Assembly: GCA_021323945.1 (NCBI GenBank) | Contig: JAJPKA010000018.1 | Coordinates: 372,453-436,452, forward strand | Direction: 5' to 3' | DNA length: 64,000 bases | Source of the DNA: Pseudomonadota bacterium | GTDB taxonomy: Bacteria > Desulfobacterota > Binatia > Binatales > Binataceae | Shown here: positions 38,485 to 47,881 of the stretch, piece after piece | Layout: each line of letters begins with the position of its first letter | Numbering within the stretch: position 1 is the stretch's first letter | Position numbers and translations under genes: made by a program | Notes under the pieces: model-generated | The model's input: only the letters and a program-made list of their open reading frames with translations | The model's database searches: none | Told to the model about the DNA's origin: nothing

Positions 38485-39534
38485 CTACGCGATGTAGGCG
38501 CATGCCTGGTCGAGGTAGCACCTTGCCATCTCACGACACGCGATTCGTTCAGCAACCGGCCTGTCGAGTTGGTTGCTCGCGATCAGCTCGACTTTGGCCC
38601 GCACGAGTGCGCGATAACATTGGTAAAATGGAAGGAGCACAGGTAACGCTCCATCGCCGGTTGCCAGAACGTAAGATCGGACCAGCTCGGTCGCAAGCTC
38701 GGGTGCTTTAAGACGATCCAGATCCATCGCCAGAAACGCAACTTCCGAGGCAGTATCCCCATAACGTAACGCCGCGCTGAATTCCACGCAGTCGATAATT
38801 CTGATTCCTCCGTCGGTCAAATAAACCGAGTCAGTCCGTAGGTCTCCGTGACCGTCCAGAACATAGCCGTTAAGTGCCCTTGTATTAAGAAATTGCCAGC
38901 GCGCAGATATGTAACTTCGGGCATAGGCTTCGATTAACCTAAGTTTATCGCGGCTGACCGTATCTGCCAGAAGTCGTTCTGTTTCGGCGATATTGCCGAC
39001 AACTAACCGCCAGATAGCGGCTGCAGTTCCATAGCGCCAAGCTTCCTGTCTCGAGGCGGTGGCGTGAAATTCAGCCAGGCGGTTTGCAACCCCCTGAATC
39101 TCGGCGGCGCTGATCTTTCTGGCAGCAATTCGATTGTCGAGTCGCTGGTCATCCGGTAGTCGGCGCATTTTCACGGCAAATTCAATCGCAGCTTGCTCAT
39201 CTTTGGGCGCTTGGCCGAAACGAAAAGTGCCGTCTCTAAACGTTATCGGGACGACTGCAAGGTACACATCGGGCGCCAACCGACGATTGAGAATTATCTC
39301 GCATTTACAGAGCTCGTGACGTTTGCCGAGCGTTGAAGAGTCGAGCCATGGCAACCGAAGGGGTTTCTTTATTTTGTAAGCAAACTCTTCAGTGAGAAAG
39401 ACATAAGAAATGTGGGTTTGTCGTAGCTCGATTGGACTGGAACCAGGTCCGTAGAAATCCGACCGCATCATCGCATCGACGAGACTGGGAGGAGACTGAT
39501 CTTTGAGTTCTTCGGCTGTCGCCATTTGAGTCAC
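38485..39534 (-). CDS. Aminoglycoside-phosphotransferase-like kinase (COG2187; N-half of Rv2004c-type proteins)
   Basis: THISYVF, AYKIKKP, LNRRLAP.VY, HGDL, IIDCVEF and YRA.VRAKV. Confidence 0.82.
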   Translation of the reverse strand: MTQMATAEELKDQSPPSLVDAMMRSDFYGPGSSPIELRQTHISYVFLTEEFAYKIKKPLRLPWLDSSTLGKRHELCKCEIILNRRLAPDVYLAVVPITFRDGTFRFGQAPKDEQAAIEFAVKMRRLPDDQRLDNRIAARKISAAEIQGVANRLAEFHATASRQEAWRYGTAAAIWRLVVGNIAETERLLADTVSRDKLRLIEAYARSYISARWQFLNTRALNGYVLDGHGDLRTDSVYLTDGGIRIIDCVEFSAALRYGDTASEVAFLAMDLDRLKAPELATELVRSYVLATGDGALPVLLPFYQCYRALVRAKVELIASNQLDRPVAERIACREMARCYLDQACAYIA

Positions 39535-39539
39535 TCGCC

Positions 39540-40343
39540 TTACTGCAGCTCGATGCAGGCCTTGAGCAGGTCGGTTGTAGAAACAATGCCCACAAGAGTG
39601 TCGCCGTCCAGGACGGGTAGTGCCCCAATTTTCCGTTCACTGAGAAGCCGAGCAGCATCCCAGACTGACGTCCGAGGTGTCACGGTTATCAACTTGGTGG
39701 TCATCACCTGGTCGGCCGTCAGTGAGTCAAGCGAGCTCAAGTGTGTTCTGATATCGCGATCCGTGAGAATGCCAACCAGTCTGCCGTCCGCAACGACTGG
39801 CAGGCTTCGGAATTTGCCCTCCTGCATCAGCACGACAGCTTTAGGGAGTCTCTCGGCGGGCGTAATTGTGATCGGATGAGGTGTCATCCAGTGCCGGACT
39901 AAAAAGCGGTCGGCGGGGTAGATTTTGACGGTTAAGACCGGGCAGCTGACCTCGCTCATCACAGCTTCCGCCACACTGCCGAGAAAGAAACGGGAGAAAC
40001 CTCGCCGGCCATGGGTCGACATGACAATCAGATCGGCTGGGAGCCTCTTTGCCGAGGCAACAATGATCACGGCGGGGTCACCGAGGGCCGTTTCCGCTAT
40101 CCAATGAACGTTACCAAGATAATGCGAAGCCAGCTCGGCAAGGTCAGCCTTTACCTCCTCCTGCTGCCTCTTTGCTAGATTACCCAATGCTGGCAGGTCC
40201 TCTCCTCGCAACACCACTGGGACGACGTGCAGAACGTGCACTTCAGCATCGCTCTGCCGTGCCAAGTCCCCAGCTAGCTCAAGCGCATTTCGCGCGCTGC
40301 TATCGAGGTCGACTGGGCAGAGAATCTTCTTAAAAGCAGCCAT
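39540..40343 (-). CDS. USP + CBS-pair fusion protein
   Basis: N-terminal KKILCPVD...STHGRRG; C-terminal FRSLPVV and IGALPVL. Confidence 0.9.
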   Translation of the reverse strand: MAAFKKILCPVDLDSSARNALELAGDLARQSDAEVHVLHVVPVVLRGEDLPALGNLAKRQQEEVKADLAELASHYLGNVHWIAETALGDPAVIIVASAKRLPADLIVMSTHGRRGFSRFFLGSVAEAVMSEVSCPVLTVKIYPADRFLVRHWMTPHPITITPAERLPKAVVLMQEGKFRSLPVVADGRLVGILTDRDIRTHLSSLDSLTADQVMTTKLITVTPRTSVWDAARLLSERKIGALPVLDGDTLVGIVSTTDLLKACIELQ

Positions 40344-40441
40344 TCGGGCTCCATGGATATCTCAAACTGGCCGTTAGTTAGCAGGTGAAGCCCCGCAGAG
40401 TCGCGATTGTCAATTCGCAACTCTGCGATGAGCACCGTTGG

Positions 40442-40924
40442 TTATCCGACGGACTTTGCTGAGGTCGCGGAAGCCTCTTCGAGAGGGATTTTCTTCGGCG
40501 TCAATGCTTTTACCACCGGCATCGCTATCTCGACGACGCCATTTTTGAAGCTCGCTTTGATCTGCTGGGCGTCGACTTCTTCGGGTAGTGTAAGGCGCCG
40601 CTCGAACGAGCCGTAAACGGTCTCACGCCTTATATATTCCTCTTGTTTAACCTGCTCTTGCTGCTTGCGCTCTCCTTTGATTGTGAGCACGTTGCCGAGC
40701 ACGCTGAGTTCGATGTCTTTGGGTTCCAGACCCGGAACGTCGGCGCGAATCACCAGATTGCCATCCTTGACATAGCTCTCGATGGCAGGGAGATACGGCG
40801 CCTCAAGGTCCGCAGGCTCGAGGTCGTGAAACAGTCTCCCGAAGTGCCGGCTGAACTCACGATCCATCTCACGGCGCCAGCGCTCAAGTTCATGAAACGG
40901 TCGCCACAAGGTCAAATCTGCCAT
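40442..40924 (-). CDS. Hsp20 family protein
   Basis: ADVPGL, YGSFERR..LP and ASFKNGVVEI; RBS AAGGAGG. Confidence 0.92.
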   Translation of the reverse strand: MADLTLWRPFHELERWRREMDREFSRHFGRLFHDLEPADLEAPYLPAIESYVKDGNLVIRADVPGLEPKDIELSVLGNVLTIKGERKQQEQVKQEEYIRRETVYGSFERRLTLPEEVDAQQIKASFKNGVVEIAMPVVKALTPKKIPLEEASATSAKSVG

Positions 40925-41009
40925 TGGAGCACATCCTCCTTCGCACTAGAATTGCGGCCCTTTGGGCCGTGCAGAGTATACGCAGCCTGTTGTTTCAACC
41001 GCGGAGAGG

Positions 41010-41025
41010 TGCAGCAAATGTGCCA
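41010..41025 (-). promoter_or_regulatory. Sigma54 promoter for the hsp20-usp/cbs-kinase operon
   Basis: Minus strand TGGCACATTTGCTGCA. Confidence 0.65.
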
Positions 41026-41353
41026 TACTGCAGATAGTCCAAAGCTGTGGCGGCGATGCGACGCCGCATCATCTTTTCCCCGGTTGTTGCCGGAGGAGTC
41101 AGGTTAGCCGACTGCGTGAAAGAGGCAGCGGTCACGTCGCTGCTCCGCTGAGCGCAAGTCAACGAAAGTGGCGGGCAAGCCACAGCGTTAACAGTCGCAT
41201 CCTGCCTGGCAGCTCGGTCCGAGACGTGATGACGAGGGCGGAACGTACTTTACGCGGCCGCAGCTCTCGCGGCGAAGTGGCAAGGGCGACCGCAGCCTTT
41301 TTTCTCCTCATGCGTCTATGAAATGATGTTTGCAACGGAAAGGGCAGGCTGAC

Positions 41354-41854
41354 ATGGAATCGCTTCCAGAAAAATTGCTCGAACGGGTCGTGCGACTGGA
41401 GCATGAACAGACCGAGCTCCGGCGTGCCAATCGTCGGTTGCGATTACTGACCGGTGCGCTGATGCTGTCGATGGGGGCCCTTGTCGTGATGGGTCAGGCA
41501 GTACCAGAACGCACTGTCGAGGCCCAGCAGTTCGTGCTGCGGAGCAGGGATGGTACCGTTAGAGGTTCAATCGGTATTACTGACAATGGCGCCGTTGGCA
41601 TCAACCTCAACGACTCCAAGGGCCAAACGCGCATCGATTTGGATATCGCAAGCAACGGCTCACCAGGCTTGGACCTGTATGACCCTAACGGCAAGCTGCG
41701 GGCCACGCTAGCACTCGGGCCGGAGGGAACTCCGGGCTTGGGACTTTATGACCCCAACGGCAAATTGCGCTCCAGTCTCAACATTCCTGCAGCCAACACT
41801 CCCGGCCTGGCCTTCTATCACACCAACGGCACACCGTCCTGGGGTGCGCCCTGA
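41354..41854 (+). CDS. Membrane-anchored protein with about 23-aa beta repeats
   Basis: Coiled coil, TM segment, then repeats such as PGLDLYDPNGKLR and PGLGLYDPNGKLR. Confidence 0.75.
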   Translation: MESLPEKLLERVVRLEHEQTELRRANRRLRLLTGALMLSMGALVVMGQAVPERTVEAQQFVLRSRDGTVRGSIGITDNGAVGINLNDSKGQTRIDLDIASNGSPGLDLYDPNGKLRATLALGPEGTPGLGLYDPNGKLRSSLNIPAANTPGLAFYHTNGTPSWGAP

Positions 41855-41899
41855 AAGGAATGCCTCGCTGGTCGTTCATCAGGTGGAGGACTGCTGATC

Positions 41900-42211
41900 G
41901 TGCCACGGATCATCCAAGTAATACTGGTCTCGGCTCTGCTCTGCGGGCTGAGCGGCTGTTTTACGGGAGTCGGTTACGGGCCTGATTATGGGTATCCAGC
42001 TTACGGCTATGCGCCTTATTCATATGGCTGGCCAGTGTACGCAATGGGCTATGCGCCGGTCTTTGCCGTGCATCATCCCTGGGAAGAGCATCATGCCTTC
42101 GGCCATGAGCGCAGCTTTTTCCATCCCGAACCCCGCGTCGCCCATATCATGCGACCCGGTTTCCATGGTGGTGGCCTTCCGGGAGGTTTTCACGAAGGCA
42201 ACCATCGGTGA
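41900..42211 (+). CDS. Small Tyr/Gly/His-rich lipoprotein
   Basis: RBS GGAGG, lipobox LSGC and low-complexity tail. Confidence 0.7.
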   Translation: MPRIIQVILVSALLCGLSGCFTGVGYGPDYGYPAYGYAPYSYGWPVYAMGYAPVFAVHHPWEEHHAFGHERSFFHPEPRVAHIMRPGFHGGGLPGGFHEGNHR

Positions 42212-43079
42212 ATCCAATCAGCGAATCAAATGAGCAATCGACGGCTCTCGAGCTGCTCGCTTCGCGCCTGAATACCAAGAGTCTTGACTCACGCCCCGGT
42301 TATGACGAGGTCGCCGGCGTGTGCTTGCGAGAAGCCGAGCAAATGATCCCAAGGGCTTGGCAGCCTCTCCAGGTAGCCTCGTTGCGCGAAAGAAACGCGA
42401 CATTACAAGAGGACGGTTTTTTCTTTGCTGCGATTGCACACTGGCCGGCAGCTGCCCAGGCAGGCTCCGGTGGGTTAAGAAGTCCTGCCGTTTCTCTCGC
42501 ATTCCATGACGTTGTCCGTATCCAATGGATACAGGGGCGGTCAGCCACGCAAACCGCTGGTTCCTAATGGCACAGCCGCGTTAGATGCAAACCGGTCCAA
42601 ATTGTTTCGAACATGCCGAACAGGCGCAAGTGTTCGAGGAGTGGGCAGAAATCGTGTCGCTCCGGCAGGGGATTTGGCCAGGTTTAGGGCGCGCTTCTCT
42701 AATGCGAGCGGAACAGTGGCCATTGCAAATTAGATTGGGAGCCAAAAATTGCTGGTATCGGCGACATGATCTTCAGTGGCACAGGGTGTGCCGCGACCAG
42801 CGTTTGTCCCGCCACCGATTCACTCCCGACCGTTTCGGAGCGACCCGAGCAGCTATACAGTCCAGACTGGGCTCAGCGCGCCCAACTCATGATCCTGGAA
42901 CCGAAAGCGGAGACGGTTCGGCCAGATTGCCAGGTGGCATGGCGGAACAGCAGAGGATTCGCCGATAGACGCTGGTTGATATAGTGCCCGTAATGCGTGC
43001 GAAGTAACCTCGAACCGTCTGAGGTTTTCGACCTGTTTGCCTATAATTTCTGTCGAGTGCGACGTAGCCTTTAAGGTCG

Positions 43080-44024
43080 ATGAGCGCGGAGAGCAATTGC
43101 CAGGCTGTGATGCTGCTCGGTTTCGGCGGACCTGACACCGCCGCTGACGTTCGCCCTTTCCTGGAACGCGTGTTATCCGGCAGAGCGATTCCTCACTCCC
43201 GCTACGAGGAGGTCGTTCGTCATTATGAACTGTTGGGTGGGAAATCGCCTTACAATGAAATCACGTCGCGTCAGGCTCAGGCATTACAGGAAAAACTCGA
43301 GCTCATGGGTCTGCCCGTGCCGGTGGTGGTCGGCTTCCTCCACGCGCGACCATTCATCTACGATGCCTTGAGTGAATTGAAAGATAAGGCAATTGGCCGA
43401 GCGTTGGGGTTTGTGCTTGCTCCCCATCGCTGCGAGGCGAGCTGGGACCGGTATTGGAGATCGGTGAAGTCAGCTAGCGATCGGCTTGGTCCAGACTCTC
43501 CACACGTACAATCACTACCGCCATGGCACAACTCTCCCTTGTTTGTCGCAGCCGTCGCCGATCGCGTTCGTGCTGCATTCGAACGACTTGGCCAGGGCTC
43601 GCCCGAGCAACTGAAGCTGATCTTTACCGCTCACAGCATTCCGCTGGCAATGGCTGGCCGAGCGTCTTATGTTGAGCAGCTCAACGAATCGGCCCGGTTG
43701 GTCGCTGAGCAGCTAGGAATCAAGAGTTGGACACTTGCATATCAGAGCCGAAGCGGAAACCCGCGTGAGCCATGGCTGGAGCCGGACGTACGGGACGTGG
43801 TGCGAGCAGCCGCGGGGACGTCGGTGGTGATTGTTCCGATCGGCTTTACATGCGATCACGTCGAAGTGCTCTACGATCTTGATATCGAGACTGCCAAGGT
43901 GGCACGCGAAGCTGGCGTGACGATGGTAAGGGCGGAGACCGTCGGCGAGCATCCAAAATTCATCGAAATGCTGGCAACTATGTCGGCTCCGTACCTGTCT
44001 CGGTCGCCTCAGGAACCATCTTGA
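43080..44024 (+). CDS. hemH: Ferrochelatase
   Basis: FGGP, HY...GG.SP, FTAHSIP, YQSRSG....WLEPD and DHVEVLYDLD. Confidence 0.93.
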   Translation: MSAESNCQAVMLLGFGGPDTAADVRPFLERVLSGRAIPHSRYEEVVRHYELLGGKSPYNEITSRQAQALQEKLELMGLPVPVVVGFLHARPFIYDALSELKDKAIGRALGFVLAPHRCEASWDRYWRSVKSASDRLGPDSPHVQSLPPWHNSPLFVAAVADRVRAAFERLGQGSPEQLKLIFTAHSIPLAMAGRASYVEQLNESARLVAEQLGIKSWTLAYQSRSGNPREPWLEPDVRDVVRAAAGTSVVIVPIGFTCDHVEVLYDLDIETAKVAREAGVTMVRAETVGEHPKFIEMLATMSAPYLSRSPQEPS

Positions 44025-45505
44025 GCGTTTATGCAGCTATGCCGGCTCAAGTCACAAAGCTTCCACGCGTTGCCGTACTAGGTGGTGGGATAACCGGCCT
44101 CGTCGCGGCCTATCGGTTGCGCGAGCTGACAGCGGCCAACGAGATCCCGCTTGAAACCATTCTGCTGGAGAGCAGCGACCGAGTGGGTGGAGCGCTGGAG
44201 ACTATATGCGACAATGGCTACGTCATCGAGAATGGCGCCGACGCGATCCTAACTGAAAAACCCGCGGTCCTGAGGCTGGTTAAGCGATTGGGACTCGAGG
44301 ATAAGCTCATAACCACCCAGGAGCGCTTCCGGCGCAGCTACGTGGCGCGTCGCGGCCGGCTTGTGCCGATCCCTGATGGTTTCTCTTTGATTGCTCCTAC
44401 AGTTCTTGGTCCTGTTATCCACAGCGAGCTGTTCAGTCCGCTCGGCAAGCTTAGGATCCTGGCCGAACCTTTGATTCCGCGCCGGCGGCGACGTGAGGAC
44501 GAAAGCCTGGCGGCATTTGTCAGGCGTCGGCTCGGTCAGCAAGTACTGGAGCGGATCGCACAGCCCCTGGCTGGGGGAATCTATACCGGTGACCCCGGGA
44601 CATTGAGCGCGGCCGCGACAATACCCCGCTTCGTTGAGATGGAGCGTGTCTACGGTAGTGTTATTCGTGGACTCAAGGCCGCCGCCCGATCAAATCGCGC
44701 CGCCCGACAAGCCAGCGGCGCGCGATGGAGCCTGTTCGTCAGCTTCAGTTCCGGCATTACGCAACTAACTGACACTCTGCTCAAGCGTATCAGCGACTCG
44801 GTGCGCTATCGGTCGCAGGTGACGGGCATAGAGCGCCAGGTGCCAGGAGAACATCCTCGCCGGCGGCTGTGGCGTCTTAGGCTCGAGGACGAGCTAAGCG
44901 TGGAGGCGGATGCCATCATTTGCACTATTCCGGCATATGCTGCGGCGCCGTTACTCCGTCCTCATGACGAACATGCGGCGGGATTGCTGGACAGCATTGA
45001 ATACGCCTCTTCGGCGGTGGTTAATATGGCATTTCGCGAAGCTGATCTTGCGGGTGTGCCGCAAAGCTTTGGTTTCGTGGTGCCCGCGATTGAGCGGCGC
45101 AGCATAATCGCCGGGAGCTTCTCGAGCTTCAAGTATGCTGGTCGTGCGCCGTCGGGGATGGTGCTTGTGCGCGTATTTCTCGGCGGGGAGCTGCAAAAGC
45201 ACATGATGCTGCTGGACGATGATGAATTAATCACCGCCGCAGTCGAAGATTTCGGCGCGCTTGTGGGGGTTCGAGCACGGCCCGTCTTCACGCGTTTACG
45301 GCGATGGCCACGAGCGATGCCGCAGTACTCCGTCGGACATCTGCAGCGCGTAACAGAGATCGAGCGGAGTCTTGAGCGGCTTCCCTGTTTTGCGTTGGCC
45401 GGCGCGTTTCTCCGTGGTGTTGGTATTCCGGATTGCGTACAGGCTGGTGAGTCTGCCGCAGAGACCGTCTTCAGTCAGTTTCAGCGGAATCGGGCCCAGT
45501 ACTAG
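44021..45505 (+). CDS. hemY: HemY-type protoporphyrinogen/coproporphyrinogen oxidase
   Basis: GGGITGL, E.GAD, DESLA.F..RRLG, MPQY.VGH and GVGIPDC. Confidence 0.92.
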   Translation: MSVYAAMPAQVTKLPRVAVLGGGITGLVAAYRLRELTAANEIPLETILLESSDRVGGALETICDNGYVIENGADAILTEKPAVLRLVKRLGLEDKLITTQERFRRSYVARRGRLVPIPDGFSLIAPTVLGPVIHSELFSPLGKLRILAEPLIPRRRRREDESLAAFVRRRLGQQVLERIAQPLAGGIYTGDPGTLSAAATIPRFVEMERVYGSVIRGLKAAARSNRAARQASGARWSLFVSFSSGITQLTDTLLKRISDSVRYRSQVTGIERQVPGEHPRRRLWRLRLEDELSVEADAIICTIPAYAAAPLLRPHDEHAAGLLDSIEYASSAVVNMAFREADLAGVPQSFGFVVPAIERRSIIAGSFSSFKYAGRAPSGMVLVRVFLGGELQKHMMLLDDDELITAAVEDFGALVGVRARPVFTRLRRWPRAMPQYSVGHLQRVTEIERSLERLPCFALAGAFLRGVGIPDCVQAGESAAETVFSQFQRNRAQY

Positions 45506-45583
45506 CTTGACACTCGGCTCGCGCGCTCCGAGGGATTGAAAAATTTCACGGGAAAGCGATCGGCAAAGCTGCCGTTGACTAAC

Positions 45584-46855
45584 ATGAAGCCGCCGCCCCG
45601 CATTCGCTCGTCGCCCGGAGACTTGTTGTCGGACCCATCAGCGGCGCCACGCCTCATAGCCCATGCTGACATGGACGCTTTCTATGCCTCGATTGAACAA
45701 CTTGATAATCCGGAACTGCGAGGCAAGCCGGTGATAGTCGGTGGCACCTCAATGCGTGGTGTGGTTACGTCAGCTTCCTATGAAGCCCGCAAGTTTGGTA
45801 TTCGGTCGGCGATGCCCACCGTGGAGGCACACAGGTTGTGTCCAGATGGGATCTTCATAGCTGGGCGAATGGGGCGTTACGTTGAGATTGCCCGCCGGGT
45901 CCGCGAGGTGTTCGAGTCTTTCAGTCCTGTGGTTGAACCGCTTTCGCTGGACGAGGCCTTCATCGATCTCACAGGCACGCAACGTTTGTTTGGTACCCCT
46001 GTGGACCTCGGCCGCGCGCTTAAACGGCAAATGCTCGAGCGTACCGGGTTGATAGTTTCGGTCGGCATCGCGCCAACCAAGATGGCGGCTAAAATCCTCA
46101 GCGATCTGTCCAAACCGGATGGTCTATTGGTGATAACGGCCGAATATTTGCGGTCTTTCCTTGACCCACTGCCAGTCGACCGGTTGTGGGGCGTCGGTCG
46201 GGTCACGCTTGAGAGGATGAACCGTGCAGGAATCCGCACGATCGGCGATCTCGCGCGTTACGACGTCTCTGTCCTGCGCCGGATGTTTGGCTCCGCCGGA
46301 CCTCATCTCCATGAGCTTGCCAACGCCCGCGACCCACGCCCGGTTATCCGGGACTGGCAACGGAAATCCTATGGTGAGGAGAGCACCTTCGACCGTGATC
46401 TGGAGCTCGGCTCCCTCGAGCTCCGACGTGTCTTCGTCGCGCATAGCGAAGCGATCGGCCGCCGCCTGCGGGCTGACCGAGTGCGCGCCCGAACGGTGAC
46501 AGTGAAGTTAAAACTTGCACGTGCGTTGGGCAGCGGACGCTATCCGTTGCTTACACGTTCCGCGACCCTCGAAAAATCAACCGATGATGGCGCGACAATC
46601 GCGCAAACCGCGCTAAACCTGCTCGCACGGGTGCGCGTGCCGGAACGGGTGAGATTGGCCGGCGTTCAAGTTCACCATTTGGAACGCGACGACGAAATGC
46701 AGCTTCAATTATTCGACTCACCAGCTGGTCATGAAGCGCGCAGGTGGCGGCTCAACCGAGCAGTTGACGATGTGATAAGGAAATTTGGTGACAACGTTAT
46801 CAGCCTCGGTTTGGTTCAGGCCGCAAAAGCGTCTCCCACGCGCAGGATTAAATAG
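45584..46855 (+). CDS. dinB: DNA polymerase IV
   Basis: HADMDAFYASIE, SYEARKFGIRSAMP, SLDEAFID and KPDG. Confidence 0.93.
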   Translation: MKPPPRIRSSPGDLLSDPSAAPRLIAHADMDAFYASIEQLDNPELRGKPVIVGGTSMRGVVTSASYEARKFGIRSAMPTVEAHRLCPDGIFIAGRMGRYVEIARRVREVFESFSPVVEPLSLDEAFIDLTGTQRLFGTPVDLGRALKRQMLERTGLIVSVGIAPTKMAAKILSDLSKPDGLLVITAEYLRSFLDPLPVDRLWGVGRVTLERMNRAGIRTIGDLARYDVSVLRRMFGSAGPHLHELANARDPRPVIRDWQRKSYGEESTFDRDLELGSLELRRVFVAHSEAIGRRLRADRVRARTVTVKLKLARALGSGRYPLLTRSATLEKSTDDGATIAQTALNLLARVRVPERVRLAGVQVHHLERDDEMQLQLFDSPAGHEARRWRLNRAVDDVIRKFGDNVISLGLVQAAKASPTRRIK

Positions 46856-46891
46856 CTGGAATTTCGTCGTACGGCTAAATTTCATGTGTTT

Positions 46892-46931
46892 GGTGGCGGA
46901 CTTGACGGAGGGTTCCGTCAGTTCCGCTACC
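46892..46931 (+). terminator. Long hairpin after dinB
   Basis: GGTGGCGGA..TGACGGA/TCCGTCA..TCCGCTACC, with a T-tract about 10 nt downstream. Confidence 0.5.
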
Positions 46932-47061
46932 TGACCAGGGCTTTTTTGTCGCTTACCTACGTATTGGCGCCTTGAGCCCAGGAATGGTTTGATGCTTGGC
47001 ACTCCATATTGAGCTGCGCTAGATGAATTAACCACGTGCGCCAAACCGGGAGGCCCGGACT

Positions 47062-47853
47062 GTGAAGGATGTATTCAGCGTAGAGGGCAAGGTCACGATC
47101 GTGACGGGCGGCGGCACCGGCATCGGCATCGCAATCGCGCGTGAGTTTGCGATTCGCGGCGCGCCAGTTTTGATTGCCAGCCGTAACGCCAACCATCTCG
47201 AACCGGTCCGCGATGAGATCCGCAGATTGGGGGGAAAATGCGAGATGTTTGTCGTTGACGTACGGGATGCGGCCAAGTGTGAGGCAATGGTCGCCGAGGC
47301 GGTTCGGCTTTATGGCCGACTCGACGTGATGATCAACAACCATGGTGGCAGCATTACCGCCCCCAGCTTGAATCTGTCGCCCAACGCCTGGCGTGCGGTG
47401 GTTGCGATTAACCTCGATGGCACGTTTTTTTGCTCGAAAGCGGCGGCGCGGCAGTTCATCGAACAAAAGAGCGGTGGATGCATCATCAATTTGTCCTCGA
47501 CCTCCGGTGTCCACGGCTCCAGCACAATGCTGCCATATGCTGCCTCGAAAGCCGGGGTAATCAAGCTGACCGAGTCTCACGCTGGCGAATGGGGCCGTTA
47601 CGGAATTCGTGTGAATTGTATCGCTCCCGGACCTGTCAGTACCGAAGGTGCGGCAGCGCGGATTTGGCCAAATGCCGAAGTGAAGCAGATGATGCTGCGC
47701 TCTCGCGCCTTGGGTCGCTTCGGGACAGTGGAAGATGTCGCTTATCCCTGCATTTTTCTTGCCTCAGAAGCGGCCAGTTGGATTAGTGGGGCGACCTTGG
47801 TGGTTGACGGAGGCAACATTCGCCCGGCAGAAATAGTGCAGATGGGCTTGTGA
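47062..47853 (+). CDS. SDR oxidoreductase (2,4-dienoyl-CoA reductase-like)
   Basis: TGGGTGIG, YAASK, EWGRYGIRVN and VDGG. Confidence 0.9.
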   Translation: MKDVFSVEGKVTIVTGGGTGIGIAIAREFAIRGAPVLIASRNANHLEPVRDEIRRLGGKCEMFVVDVRDAAKCEAMVAEAVRLYGRLDVMINNHGGSITAPSLNLSPNAWRAVVAINLDGTFFCSKAAARQFIEQKSGGCIINLSSTSGVHGSSTMLPYAASKAGVIKLTESHAGEWGRYGIRVNCIAPGPVSTEGAAARIWPNAEVKQMMLRSRALGRFGTVEDVAYPCIFLASEAASWISGATLVVDGGNIRPAEIVQMGL

Positions 47854-47881
47854 GCGCGAGCAGGAAAAGAGAGGCAGGCCG

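Noticed and set aside
42208-43079. Genes in the 870-bp gap before hemH
   Set aside because: Several overlapping short ORFs on both strands, none with a recognisable motif; may be decayed sequence.
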